From the NCBI GenBank assembly GCA_047495785.1, contig JBLDXI010000007.1, positions 2,418,001 through 2,482,000 on the forward strand: a DNA stretch of 64,000 bases, given 5' to 3'. A program made the position numbers and the translations under genes. Of this stretch, positions 48,901 through 60,741 are shown piece by piece (within the stretch, counting starts at the first letter, position 1; every line of letters starts with the position of its first letter). Below the pieces are notes generated by a model. It did not search any database. It had not been told where the DNA came from and saw nothing but the letters and a program-made list of their open reading frames with translations. Source of the DNA: Lepidodermella squamata. Its lineage: Eukaryota; Animalia; Gastrotricha.

Positions 48901-51900
48901 GCTCAGTAGCAGGTTCTGGAATTGGTACTGCTCGAGATACTTTTCAACTTCAGTCACAGTTTCCTTATAACTATTGAGCAGTGATGAATAAATGGTGATG
49001 GCGCTCTGGAAGAAAATTAGCTTACATTAGAAAAAAATCAAATATTAAGTACTTACAGATGAAACAACATCAGCGATAGATTTCTCTCCTTTCTGCAAAT
49101 AGTGACAAAGAGGGGCAACACTCGCATATAGAATCGAGTATACGTTGAACATGTTGTCTGGTAACGTTGAGATGCAGGTACGAAATTCAATGGAACTGGC
49201 CATTCTCGAGCAATTTTTGACCATTTCAAGCTTCATCTTAGTCTCCTCTTGACGGCAAACCAGGAATTCAGCTGCGATTGATCGCTGGAGAAATAATTTA
49301 GATAACAGGCATGAAAGAAATTTGACGATCATACGTGATCAGGCTTCTCCTTTTTGCATTCTGCAGCAGCCCAAGCATAAGCAGGTGGCCAACACTCCCC
49401 GGCCAGCTGAGAATAATATGCCCGAAATTGTTTTCCGCTGTACAAAAGCCACGAAGACCCCCCCATATTATCTTTTTCAACAGGTTTCGCAGAGGACTTT
49501 GCAGAGGTCTTCGCAGAGGCCTCCGTGGCCATTGCTGTATCGAGAAGAGCAACGATAATCATGATCACCATGAAATTTGCCATAATAAGAATCTAACAAT
49601 TAAAAACAACTCCCAGTTAACTTGAGCTTAACTTTAATTTTAAGAAGTCAACGCCTGCGCGAAGCTCTTCTGGATCGGGTTCGATTGCGTCGGGGTTTTG
49701 GTTGTTCGAGGTGTCGTGAGGTCAGCCTGAGGTAAAGAGGACTCTGCAAAAATAAAATTATTAATATAGCCCATGAAAGAAAAAAAACATTGATAATAAT
49801 GAAAACGAGCTCGGTGTACGACTCGATGACGCAGCTGCAGCTAGCTTCGGCCAAATCGAAGCTCTGCCCCATCTCAGATGAGAGCAGCAGGGCATCGATA
49901 TCAGTATCCATAAACAAGTAACAAGTAATGAATCTATCGAATTAATATCGATTATTATTCATTTGAAAACATGAACATGCAATTATTAACAACATTTAAA
50001 AGCAGTAAATAGGAAATGCATAAAGATATTGGGTCCGAAAACAATGGGCAATGGGCAAGACTACTTGTCTTTTTTGGGGGTCGGGCTGCTGGGAGGCGGG
50101 GGAGGGGATTGACTGCTGCCTTCTTGCACAGCTGCCGACAAAGTCGTCAGGGCATTGTAATGTTCGTATGAATGAGACAGCCTTGTGCGGCGATGGCATC
50201 GGCGACCAGCCATACATCCGAAAAGGAAAGAGAGTGTTGTAAGTAGCATGAAGGATACTCCGACAAGGATAAGATGAAACTCCGACATGTCGATGTGAAT
50301 AAGTAACGGTTTAGAGGGGCCCGCGAGTGTGGGTTGGGTCGAGCTAGGATGGTCAGTAGGTCGATTAGTCGGTAGGTTTGGTAGGTCGGTAGATTCGGTC
50401 AAAGTAAATTTAGAGGGCAGGCGGAAAATAGGCAAAAATCTGGTTGTGCTTTCATCGTTGCTGAATGGGTATTATTTAGGGTAATCCTATTGCATTATGT
50501 TTGATAAGACTCACGTATCACAAAGCCCATAGAGCTCGCACTCGATAGGAACGCTGCGGGCGGGGCATGCCAAAGTTAGTAAAAACATCAGGAACAACAT
50601 CTAGGTCGAGTCAAATTAAATATAGCAATGTGGGGTGTTTTTGAAGCTCGGTACTGCAAAAAAAACCGCGGTAAGGTCACAAAAATCGCCGGCTAACATC
50701 AAGCTATGATACTGTGTCACTAACTGAAATGGGTCATGAGTGGAAAAAAATGCTCAGTATACACCTGCACTTGGAAGTGATGCTTCAAACTAAAATAAAC
50801 GCAGTTTTAATAAAGGGTATATTGCTAACCCCAAAATTTTTCAGGATACCGCGAGGAAACCCATTTTAGTCATCCCATAATGTACTCTGGAATCAACTAT
50901 GAAGAAAATAAATGTTTAAACTTGGTAGGCTTGAAGAACGCACTCTGGGTAGCACTCTGGAATGCCGTGGAAATGCCTCAATTTCGGTATTTAAAAGAGG
51001 GAATTTAATGATCAGCCAATGGAACATTAGAAATTTTCAATAAAAAACTCGACGGTTACGTTATACACCAACTCCAGCTCTATCGAAAAACGCGTTTAAA
51101 AATAGGGGTAGCGGGCGAAACGAGAGCGGAAAACCCTAATGAAAATGGGTCTTATCGACGTTTTTCAAAAAAGCTTTGTTTCAAGTCGACGGCCCAAGTG
51201 CCTGCCGCCCAAATTTTGAATAAAAGTGGGTGGAGTCGAATTTTTTATTTTTCAAAATTTGGTTACAATATGATATAATTAATATATTTTTAAAAAATTA
51301 TTGATATTGGTAGCAATTTATATTGCTGCTGCTGCAGTAAAACAGAGGCAAATTTGAAGATGTTCGGTTTTAAAAAGAACACCCTGTACCTTGAAATACA
51401 TCCAAATATGGCATATAGTGACAAATATAGTGACAGATAGTAATCTGGAAAATTGATGATGCTTCTGCTCAGTATGGCGCCAGAGTCCCCTAAAGAGTTC
51501 CAAGCCCGATATACATCTGTTTTTTTCTTTTTTTTCACGGAGTCGATAAGGTTTCCCAACTCTACCATTAGCAACATATCGATCGTATCATTAATAATGG
51601 AAAGATTTCGTGAAAAAAACAAGAAACAAGATTTTCCCTCGAACCTTTTGCATGCATAATTACTTTGTTATTTTCACAACAAATTTGCATAATTAATGAT
51701 ACAAGATAAAAAATTGCTGCGGGGTGCATATGTCCTGTTGGGGTTTTAGGCGCCCTGAATACATTTGTGAAGGAATGGGATGTTCCATAGTTAGACTTCA
51801 CTGTTTCCAGTTAGTTAGTGTTCCAAAATGTTAGTTAAATTTCCCAATTTTTAGTCGTAGGATTTGATGGAAAAGCGATATCATAATTATGACTCAAAAA

Positions 51901-52565
51901 TGAAAAACCAGTCGCCTAATCCGACATGTTTCATTTTTGAGTCATAATTAAATTTCCCATTCGCCTTTTTTAATGAGCATCAATAACTTTTTAAATGAAT
52001 TCCACGTTAAGGAATTTTTTGAGGAAATTACTTGAAGTTTCTTGAATCGTAGATACAAAATTCAAGTATTTTCTTGTTTTTAGTTGAGAATGCACTTCTT
52101 CGACTCGATCGATTCGTCGAGCGGCGATTATCGATGATAGAAGCCGGCGATGATCAGGACAAACTGATAAGAAATGCCATCGCATTAATGGCCGAGCGAA
52201 TGGTCGCACCGCCGAACGAACAGCTCATCGACGGCCCAGTCTACGTTCCATCGCCCGAAGAAGGCAATGCAACATCTGCCGGGCCGGACTACGCAGACGA
52301 CGGTTATCAGTCCATCACAGGCGGCATCGATTCATCCCGCCGGGGGTCGATGTGGTCGTTTGAGACTGAAGACGAAGAAATGGCGATTCGGCAACGCCGT
52401 TGGACGACCTCAACCCCGGCCAGGAGGAGGTCGAGTTTGCTGAATATGCAGAACGAACAGGTGGAGAGTGGTGGCTATCGGGCGAGGGCTTCGACGTCCG
52501 ATGCGCACAGTGTGGCGGCTCGAGCCGCTCGGAAACTTGCTGCTATCAGATCGAACAGGGTTTGA
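42966..52565 (+). CDS. Miniature polycystin-1-like protein, copy 2; inferred last intron 44393-52083 hosts the transposon
   Basis: Same exons as copy 1; donor ACA|GTAATT and acceptor TTTAG|TT are phase-1 compatible. Confidence 0.65.
44957..46360 (+). CDS. Tc1/mariner transposase, rosa/DD41D-like (DD43D), ~431 aa; exons 44957-45837, 45892-46083, 46138-46360
   Basis: N-terminal HTH region, FWTDEAIF, VHVWAG, GPFFF, FQLDGAPSH, WPPR|SPDLTPLDF, WGYLKAKVY, GRQFEHL; two 54-bp introns give one open frame. Confidence 0.92.
46640..47441 (+). CDS. Transposon cargo gene 1: ~214-aa Cys-containing protein with signal peptide and C-terminal TM; exons 46640-47005, 47059-47109, 47161-47237, 47291-47441
   Basis: Three GT-AG introns of 53, 51 and 53 bp give a 645-nt open frame; no recognisable family. 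Confidence 0.72.
47570..48136 (-). CDS. Possible cargo gene 2: hydrophobic 188-aa ORF
   Basis: ATG-initiated ORF with several hydrophobic stretches; exon structure unresolved. Confidence 0.4.
   Translation of the reverse strand: MSYDFAFLVGEIDGLTIYRIMLNLVLFSIAARTSIGRTIAQPNIVIVVIVTLPLSVREDLSTSLQYLPYALYLVGSLLIRHSDKRKIQFITCCASVEMIVTYGYHCQFVPKMFTLRRLLFLYRFIALTPKIFAKKIYLFHMCSFMKIVLLDEYHRRICCWLCRSLKLFVFSIYFAMLAYLPYWFWIWF
48529..49583 (-). CDS. Transposon cargo gene 3: ~317-aa signal-peptide protein with Cys-containing ectodomain and hydrophobic C-terminal region; exons 49583-49335, 49284-49057, 49005-48529
   Basis: Phase-0 introns of 50 and 51 bp (GTATGA..CAG, GTAAGT..CAG) join three ORF-track fragments in frame. 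Confidence 0.75.
49648..49911 (-). CDS. Possible cargo gene 4: 87-aa single-TM protein with acidic N-terminus and Arg-rich C-tail
   Basis: MDTDIDALL..LVFIIINVFFLSWAILIILFL..RRNRTRSRRASRRR; topology obeys the positive-inside rule. Confidence 0.5.
   Translation of the reverse strand: MDTDIDALLLSSEMGQSFDLAEASCSCVIESYTELVFIIINVFFLSWAILIILFLQSPLYLRLTSRHLEQPKPRRNRTRSRRASRRR
50061..50600 (-). CDS. Transposon cargo gene 5: ~161-aa type I membrane protein with Pro/Thr stalk; exons 50600-50515 and 50460-50061
   Basis: Signal peptide MLFLMFLLTLACPARS, 54-bp GTGAGT..CAG intron, TM followed by RRCHRR, Pro-rich tail. Confidence 0.72.
51884..51950. repeat. 67-bp palindromic insertion (mini-MITE) absent from copy 1
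   Basis: taattatgactcaaaaatgaaa ... tttcatttttgagtcataatta; copy 1 at ~20105 lacks it. Confidence 0.6.
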
Positions 52566-52785
52566 CTTATATAATTTGATGCTTATTTTAGAATCGTGAA
52601 GTATTTACAAGCAAATGTAACGATTGAAACGCCTGGTTCTGTTGTGTTATGTTGTGAATTTTAATTCGACTTGTGAAATAAAATTTCTATTTTGTTCAAT
52701 GCTTGGCGGTTTGTTGGTTGGTCCAGCCAATGACCTGGCTCGATTGGATGCTGTTGTAGTAAGCTCTTATTTAACAGAATCGTGT

Positions 52786-53874
52786 TTATTCGAATTTCAA
52801 ATAACGGAGCCAAACAGGAGGCAAGACGCCACTCAATCCATTGTCTATAGCATTGTTTCGCTTTTTGTAACTAGTTGGTAGTCGCTTGAGAATTGACATC
52901 CTACACAAGGTTTGTAGCTTCATCGGGAAAAGTTCCATAATATAGGGCATCAATATCCGATTCACAACAATTCCAGCTGCTGAATCATACATCGGAGCTT
53001 TGTATTCTATAGGGTTGAATGAAGAAGTCATACGAGAAAATTGAAGCATATCGAATAGCTGATAGTCGACTCGATCAGGGATACTTATTCTGTCGTAGGC
53101 CCATCGCGCGAGGATTGCGAACGTCAAATCTTTGGCACCCCGTTGGCATGTATACCCCGACCATATCAGAGATTTCGCAAAGGCGGCTTTAGGACCACGG
53201 GGATAAATGGGTAATTTTATCCCTTGAATGGTGACCCAATCTGGCTGCGAAACCATGGAATAGACGTCCCAATAATAGCAAGCCAAATCATATGAAAAAT
53301 GAGCTCCAGATTCGATCAGCATTCTCGCTCCCATTTTGAATCAAACCCAATAATACAGGAATTGAACAAGGCCATGGACTTCTCTATTGGTACATCCAAA
53401 CTCGCCCCGCGGCTCAGAAGGAGCTCAACAACAGGTTTAAACCCATGTTTCACACTAAATGCCAAAGCCGTATCCAAATGAGGACATCCGTAGTTGACAT
53501 CAGCTCCATGATCAAGTAGAATTATCACGGTTTCCACACGGTTGTCGAGACGGTCTTCACCTCGATTATTCTTTGTCACATGCGAACTGATTGATTCAAG
53601 TTCAGCGCTTCTATTATTAGGATGGCAGGCTGCTGCTAAGCATGTGAGTTTGCTGTTAGATAGACCGTACGAGAATGGAGTATCCAAGTTCACTTTAACC
53701 AGGGATAACAGATGCTTGAGGCATTTAGGACTTGCTGTAGCGCTGACCAGCCGAGCGATTTTTTCAGCTCCAAACACTGTAAATCGCACTGTCCAGCAGA
53801 CACGAAAATTCGACAATGTTGTCGTCATCGCATGCCTGAGCGAATTTAGCCCTATCGAAATCATCAAAGCTCAT
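52786..53874 (-). pseudogene. Ankyrin-SOCS-box paralogue with two frameshifts
   Basis: Colinear with 20940-22040; +1 shift near 53780 and -4 shift near 53330 split it over three frames. Confidence 0.8.
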
Positions 53875-54153
53875 TTTGCAATAAGAAATGAATGCTTATT
53901 CATACGAACGTTGAACGTGAGCTGATAACCATTGCGATAAGCAAAAATGTAACAAAATTGCGATTCATTTCTACAACCATTTCCTCCTAAATTTTCCACC
54001 CTGTTACTGATAATGAATTACGGCAATCGGGAATGCGATAAGCAGCAAAATATAGAAGATGACGCAGAATACAGTTCATGTCTCTTTGGCGCGAGAGATC
54101 TTCTCGTACGAGTCAAATACTAGCACTGAGAAATACTTGCCTATGAAAAACAC

Positions 54154-55228
54154 ATGAATTTCACGGCGTTTAAATTGTTATCCCTTCCTTGTGTATTGGT
54201 GAGCAATGAGCATTTTGTAATGAAGCATGTTCATTGTAGTTACTGTTTCGCTTAGCTGGCAGGTTTAGCCTCCTGTGCTGGAGTAGATCGCGGTAACCGA
54301 GCGGATTGGTCGAATAAATTCGTTCTTGAAGACGAATCTGGTCATGCTTGTGTCATCCTCATTGCTGAATACTTCAACGTTACGGCAGTGGATTGCAACG
54401 GAATCTATGGTAGCTGGCTTATCGTCAAAAACAACACCAAGGTTGAGGGAAACTGCGAAGCAGAGTTCAACTTTATGAAGATTATCGATGCCGCCAATAA
54501 GGTTCAGGTAAGTGCTATGGATTTTGTTTGATTAGATCCTGATATTAGTGAATACGATATGTAATGAACGAGTTTTGTTGAGGTCCAGAGATGCTCGCCA
54601 AACTCGAATGCCAAAAGCAAATGATTAGGGATTAGGTAATAATCCAAACTTTCTCTCGGGATCCTCAAACAACTTGATATTTTCATCTCCCTTACATCCA
54701 TTACGGCGTTATATAATCAAACTCAAATGATGTAACTAAGAAATAATCTTCAAGGTCTGGTTCAACTTCACTAAGACTGGCAACGATAACTTCCATATTG
54801 GCTACGCTGTTGTTGCTTTCGGCCCCGTGGATGCTCCCATGTGCATTGATTCGCGTGACATGGTAAGCAGTGACATGAGAGCTCCTGAAGGCTACGTTTA
54901 CAGCTGCAAAGCAGAGAAAAGCATGGTCTTAGGAACAGCCATCGTATACCTGTCAGGCGTCAAGTTGCAAGCTTTTCACCAAGGCAATAGCACTGACTTG
55001 ACTGGTATGGATGAGTACATCTGCGCGGAGGATGACCCCGAGTCAAACATTCTATCGATCGTCGTCAGTTCCCTGGCTGTTCTATTCATCATAATCGGCA
55101 TAGTAATCCTTGTGCTCATTGTGCGTGCGGTCTATTTCAACGGCTTTTATGTGAAAAAGAGCGAGCCAATTTTAGGTGTAAATCACGATGAGCCAGCGAA
55201 ACTAAATAAAAGATTATTCTATGGCTAG
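54154..55228 (+). CDS. LAMP-like protein, copy in X'
   Basis: Same three exons as 22821-23910; in-frame deletion in exon 2; last exon nearly identical. Confidence 0.75.
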
Positions 55229-55242
55229 CTATAGAATACCTA

Positions 55243-55834
55243 CAGGGTGTTTCATAAAAATTCGTACGAGATGCATTATATTAGCATGCAGAGATAATAT
55301 AAGAAAAGTGTACTGCCGTTATCACAAGGTTGCATTGTTCTTGTATTAAGCGTCAATGCTCATGGCAGAAGTTCAGCAGAGCTCCGAATTCGCCGCGCTT
55401 GTTGTGAGTTTAAAAGATCGACTTTGAAAACATATAGGCAGAGCTGTGATAGTCCATGTGATAGTCCATGACTCAATCGCCACGGTACATGACTGCGGGG
55501 TTTACCGATTAGCAATTGTTCGGCCAGGCCATTTGAAGAAGTAGGATTAAATTATTCCCGAATATTTCATTTACATTTCTAGAATAAAAGTGAAGGGGAG
55601 ATAACTTATTCGGCCAAACTACTACAATTAAATTTACCCTAAATTTTTCACGTCAACTCATACGAAATTAATAAATATTTAAATGACTATTTTTAGTGAC
55701 ATCTCATCCGTTACAACTCGGCCGGGGGGTCAAGGGATGAGTTGTCACTAAAATTATTTGTTTGATATTTAAATAATTTTTGATAATATTTTTTAAAATT
55801 CAGAAAAAATACGAGGAAATTTTTGGCCACCCTG
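55243..55834. mobile_element. Duplicate of the CAGGGTG-terminated non-autonomous element
   Basis: Matches 23925-24547. Confidence 0.5.
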
Positions 55835-56288
55835 TATGATATCACCCGGGATTCTCTATAAATCGGATGTACCGAAATTTAACTGGAATGATACCAAATA
55901 GGAATCTAAATTCCAAATAAGCTCAAATATTTTAACGTGAGAGCTAATTTTGTCTTGGCAGAGTAAGATCGATAGGTAATATTTTGTACGATTTTTTTCC
56001 CATGAAGAATTACTGAGGAATGAAAAATGTATAGCTTAAGGGCAAAGGGGATAAGACATTGTTTCAGCTGAAACCATTTATAATTTAAAGGGAGCTTCTG
56101 AGATACAATAATTATGTGCATCAAAACTATACTTGTTGAAATGGACCTCATCTTCGGCGACTAGACACTTCGTATTTACAACAAAAAACCGGTCGAAATT
56201 GACTGGCTTGGTAATTGCAGGCATCTTTTTTTACAGAGTTCGAAAAATCTCTCCCCATAGGTATTTAACCGCCTCGTCTCATCGTCTT

Positions 56289-57018
56289 GCACATTTTCCG
56301 GCCCGCCGGTGTTTCCTCCGCGCGCGCGCTCCTATTGGTTGGCTCGTTTTACGCGTAAATACGCCTCGCTCGCATTTATTGCGCAACAAATAATTGCAGC
56401 CCTCCCTCGCGCGCGCGCAGGAAAATGTACAAGTCCGAAATTCAGGAGAATAACGGCGCGCTAGGGGTAGATAAGTGGTGGGTGGAATAAAAGGCGAAAT
56501 TTTCATATTTTCGCTTTTTTCATTGGTATTTCAAGTTGATTTTAAATTTGAACAGAATTTTTCCCTGAAGTATTCAACGTCACCCCAAAATAGCCTAAAA
56601 TAGCCTAAAATAGCGCGCCTAATGGCTAAATGGCTATTTCCATTTTATTTTCGAAAAAAATCAATCACATCCTTTCTCTTAAATCAACTTTTTAAATTCT
56701 TATGGCCGGTGTTTTTGGATACGAACAGACAAGTCATCAAATGAAGACGTGTAGGCCTCCACGATGCAGTCAATTTTGTTGTCGTATTAACAATACCAAA
56801 CATCCTTTTCAAGGGTGGGCTATATATTTTTGTTGGAAGGCATGCAGCATGCTTGTCTTCGACTTAGCAAACTGTCTTAGACTTAGCGCACGGGCGCTCA
56901 GGGCGCGTTCGAGTGCGCGCGCGGGGGTAGGCTATAATTATCTTGAAATGTTGCGCAATAGGCCCCAACCAATAGGAGCGCGCGCGCGGAGGAAACACCG
57001 GCGGGCCGGAAAATGTGC
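56289..57018. mobile_element. 730-bp Mutator-like non-autonomous element
   Basis: Over 50-bp TIR GCACATTTTCCGGCCCGCCGGTGTTTCCTCC...; exact 9-bp TSD CATCGTCTT (56280-56288, 57019-57027). Confidence 0.9.
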
Positions 57019-57234
57019 CATCGTCTTCAAACTTGCGATTCATATCTAAAACCGTTTTCTTCTAATTTCTTCCACCTTGTCACTGATAAGGAATTCCGAG
57101 AACCGAAAATGTGATAAGCAGCAGCACATTTTTGAAGATGACGCAGAATACAGCCCATGTATCTTTGCAGCAAGAGATCCTTTCGTACGTACCAAATCAC
57201 AGCACTGAGAATTACCTGTCTATATAAGGAAGAA

Positions 57235-58339
57235 ATGTATTTCACGGCGGTTAAATTATTATACTTCCCTTGTGTATTGGTATGCAATGAATGAATTTGT
57301 AATAAAGCATTTTCATTGCAGCTACTGTTTCTCTCAGCTGGCAGGTTTGGCCTGTGCCGGAGTAGATCGCAGCAACCGAGCGGCTGTCCCTAATGCCACA
57401 CCGGTTGCAGAGATAGATTGGTCGAATAAGTTCGTCCTTGAAGACGAATCTGGCGATGCTTGTGTTATCCTCATTGCTGAATACTTCAAAGTTACTGCAG
57501 TGAATTGCAACGGAATCTATGGTAGCTGGCTTATCGTCAAGAGCAACACCAAGGTTGAGGGAAACTGCGAAGCTGAGTTCAACTTTATGAAGATTCTCGA
57601 TGCCACCAATAAGGTTCAGGTCAGTGATTTGGATTTTGTTTGATTAGATTCTGATGAAATTAATGACTTGGGCTGAGTTTTGCTGATTTCCAGAGATGCT
57701 CACAAAACTCAAATGCTTTCATAGCTTTGAAACCTACTGTCGCGCAATACAGTACTGTACTGTAACGCAATACTGTAACGATTTTAAGTTTTTAGATTTA
57801 TGATTCATATGCCCTCAGAATCCTTAAACAGCCTGATATTTCATGTCCATCACATCCATTACGGAATTATATAAGTAATATTTAAGGTCTGGTTCAACTT
57901 CACCAAGACTGGCAACGATTACTTCCATATTGGCAACGCTGCTGTTGCATTCGGTCCCGTGGAAACTCCCGCTTGCGTTGATTCGCTTGACATGGTAAGC
58001 AGTGACATGAGAGCTCCTGAGGTCTACGTTTACCGCTGCAATGCCGAGAAAAGCATGGTCTTCGGGACAGCCACCGTATCCCTATCAGGCGTCAAGTTGC
58101 AAGCTTTCCATCAAGGCAATAACACTGCCTTGACTGGCATTGATGAGTATATCTGCATGGAGGATGCGGTGGTGATAGGCAATCCACCTCTAAAGATTGC
58201 CGTCGGTTCCGTCATCATCATAGGTGGCATTGTAGCCCTTGTGTTCATTGTGCGTGCGATCTATTTTCGAGTGAAAGAAGCCAACCCAAAACATTTAGCT
58301 TTTAAAAACGAAGAGCCGTGTGGCAAAGCCAACTATTGA
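57235..58339 (+). CDS. LAMP-like protein, second paralogue type (different TM/tail)
   Basis: Three exons homologous to the other LAMP-like genes; ends EPCGKANY. Confidence 0.78.
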
Positions 58340-58895
58340 TTTTCTGCCTGTCGACCTTGGCTAATTGACTCAAGTTGTACATGCATGCATATGCCAAGCA
58401 TATGAAAGCTAATTGGCCTCTATAAACCCTTTGTAAATATTCCAGGAAGAGAGGCTTGAAATAAACTAGACCATTGATGCTGATCATATCCATTTTCTAC
58501 TTGCAACGAGGACCTGGTTGCGAGATTTTTGAAGGTGTAAAAATGCGTTTCTCGATTACTCATCTCGAACAGTCGTTTTGTGGACACTCCCGCCGACGAC
58601 GAAATAAGAGTGCCATTACATCATATTCTGGCATGGCGTTGGACTTTACACCTTAGCCAAACCAGCCGAAGTGGGAAATGTCTCGCATTCCAAGTTGAAA
58701 GTGGAATAAGGAGTAAGTATATCGTTGTTGAGGTCTAACATAGACCTGTCAATTATTTAACGCTTACAATGTGAGAAAAACAAGCCTTGGCGGCCGAGTG
58801 CAGAGAAATTAAATCCTATTTATAAAAACCTGAGCATATAAAAGCGATGGCACTAACTTGGAGTTAAAAGAGATTATTTTCGCTTTTTCGAAAAA

Positions 58896-59345
58896 ATGGT
58901 TCGGAGCTTGGCAATATCTATCCACCTCTTATCCGCTTTTCTGGTCCTGGCCAGCTCTCAAAGACAAGCAGATGCGGATGCTGAGGGCAAAAACTTCTAC
59001 GATGACGTTGAAGCAATAAGCGGCGATAATACTAACAAGCAAGGTGACATGGTTAATTCTGGCTCGGACGAGACGCAACTGCAAGCCGCCTGCAGTGGTT
59101 TAGATAACAATCAAGAATTCGTTGTCTGCTGTCATTTCAGTGCGGAAAAATTGTTCAAGTGTTGGCTAGAGGACCGCGAGACTAAGGACAAAACCTCAGC
59201 TGAATCAAGCGAATCTATAACGACGACAATGAAGAGGACCACGACCTGGACTCCAAGGAGGATTGCAACCACTACTACAAAATTGCGATCGACATCTAGG
59301 AAAGCTAAAACTACGACAAATGAAAATTACTATAATTATGAGTGA
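58896..59345 (+). CDS. Small secreted protein family member A2 (149 aa)
   Basis: Duplicate of 37915-38352, frame preserved. Confidence 0.75.
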   Translation: MVRSLAISIHLLSAFLVLASSQRQADADAEGKNFYDDVEAISGDNTNKQGDMVNSGSDETQLQAACSGLDNNQEFVVCCHFSAEKLFKCWLEDRETKDKTSAESSESITTTMKRTTTWTPRRIATTTTKLRSTSRKAKTTTNENYYNYE

Positions 59346-60080
59346 TTAGGCTTTTCCTATGTTCGATGATGAATGACGGCTGTGAATTCCAAAGATGAAA
59401 AATAAACGTATTAAAAATCCCAAGAATTCGAGTGGTTCATGAATGCGATTTTAGTCCATTATGTTGAAGATGGCGGCAAAAATTTTGTTTGAAATATATA
59501 TTAGACGGCTGAAAAGGTACCTGGAACTTTCCTAATAATCTTTGCCCGCTTTCACAGCGCAACAGGCTTTTTGGTTTTATCGGCCTAAAGAGCATACTTT
59601 TTGTTAGACTCTGCGCTCTGCGCCATAACCGGCCGAGCAGGAAATCCGACATCAAATGTCAATGAAAACTGAAAACTCACAATGAAAATGAGGCTCCAAA
59701 ATTAGCCGCTAATTTTCCAACCTCCAACTTAATTTAAACACGTTTTCGATCGCTTAAAAACAGTAAAATCATGAAATCACCCAAATTTGCAGATAAATCC
59801 GCAATAATCACCACCAAGCCTAATCTACCATGAATTTCTGAATTGAACTAAATTTAAGCCTGAAAATTATAGTTAAGTCCAATCGTATTCTTAATTTAAT
59901 TGGGGCGAAGGTCTATCGAAATCGGATCTCATTTCAGACATTTATTAAGCTGTTATTATTGCAGCTGAGTGCAAAGAGATAAAATTGCACGTTTTCTTTC
60001 AAAAAACCAATGCATAATGATAGCAATGATAGCAATGGCATGGAGTTATCAAGGGTTACATAATATTTCACTTCTTGAAA

Positions 60081-60545
60081 ATGGAATTCACCATTCAACG
60101 GCATTCATCATTATCTCCACTCTATGTCTTATCCGCTGGTTTGATTCTCATTGGCGGCGTTCAATCAGCGGACGATAATATATACAATGGGGGAATGCCC
60201 GAAACGAGCAAATTTGATGGAGCTGACTGGTATGACCTTGACAGCAGTGAAATAAGCAATTCTACAAGGCAAGGTGATTCTACGACAAAACTGCAAGTCG
60301 ATTGTAAAAGTTTGAATAACAGTCAGAAATTCAATGTCTGCTGTCATTTCAGAGCCGAAAAAATGGATCACATGGCCCGAAATGCCTCTGACGCTCAATC
60401 AAGTGAATCTATGACGAATGGAGCATCGGCAACGAAGAGGACCACGCCGAGGACTCGAAGGAGGATTGCAACTACAGCGGAGTCTCGATCAACGTCTAGG
60501 AAAGCTAAAACTACGACGCTTGACAGCGATTATTCGTTGGACTGA
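60081..60545 (+). CDS. Small secreted protein family member B2 (154 aa)
   Basis: Duplicate of 39052-39516, frame preserved. Confidence 0.75.
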   Translation: MEFTIQRHSSLSPLYVLSAGLILIGGVQSADDNIYNGGMPETSKFDGADWYDLDSSEISNSTRQGDSTTKLQVDCKSLNNSQKFNVCCHFRAEKMDHMARNASDAQSSESMTNGASATKRTTPRTRRRIATTAESRSTSRKAKTTTLDSDYSLD

Positions 60546-60741
60546 TTTTTGGGCTGTTCAATAATCCTTTATAGGAAATTTTGTAGTTATATTACATTCC
60601 GAAAATACATGATAAACATCAAGACATAGTTTGAACTTTTTTTCATAAAAATGCTTTCGGCCAGTTCCAGTTCGCTTCAAAAATTTGCCCGGAAATGTGT
60701 AATTCGGAGAATTTAAAAAAAATAAAGAAAATATTGATCAG

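Larger units (their letters stand above)
44602..51386. mobile_element. 6,785-bp cargo-carrying Tc1/mariner DNA transposon
   Basis: Perfect 30-bp TIR CAGGGTGTTCTTTTTAAAACCGAACATCTT (44602-44631 / 51357-51386), TA on both sides, empty site gatcTAccttgaaata at ~19754 in copy 1. Confidence 0.96.
40245..56200 (+). repeat. Segmental duplication block X', copy 2 (contains the 6.8-kb transposon)
   Basis: Colinear with 15120-24910 apart from insertions and a divergent ankyrin/LAMP-5' segment. Confidence 0.92.

Noticed and set aside
49329-49583. C-type lectin call for the cargo exon (WLLYSGKQF..AWAAAEC)
   Set aside because: Spliced continuation lacks WIGL/WND motifs and the CTL cysteine pattern
46640-50600. 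Viral (Polinton/herpes-like) identity for the transposon cargo
   Set aside because: No recognisable polymerase, capsid, ATPase or protease motifs
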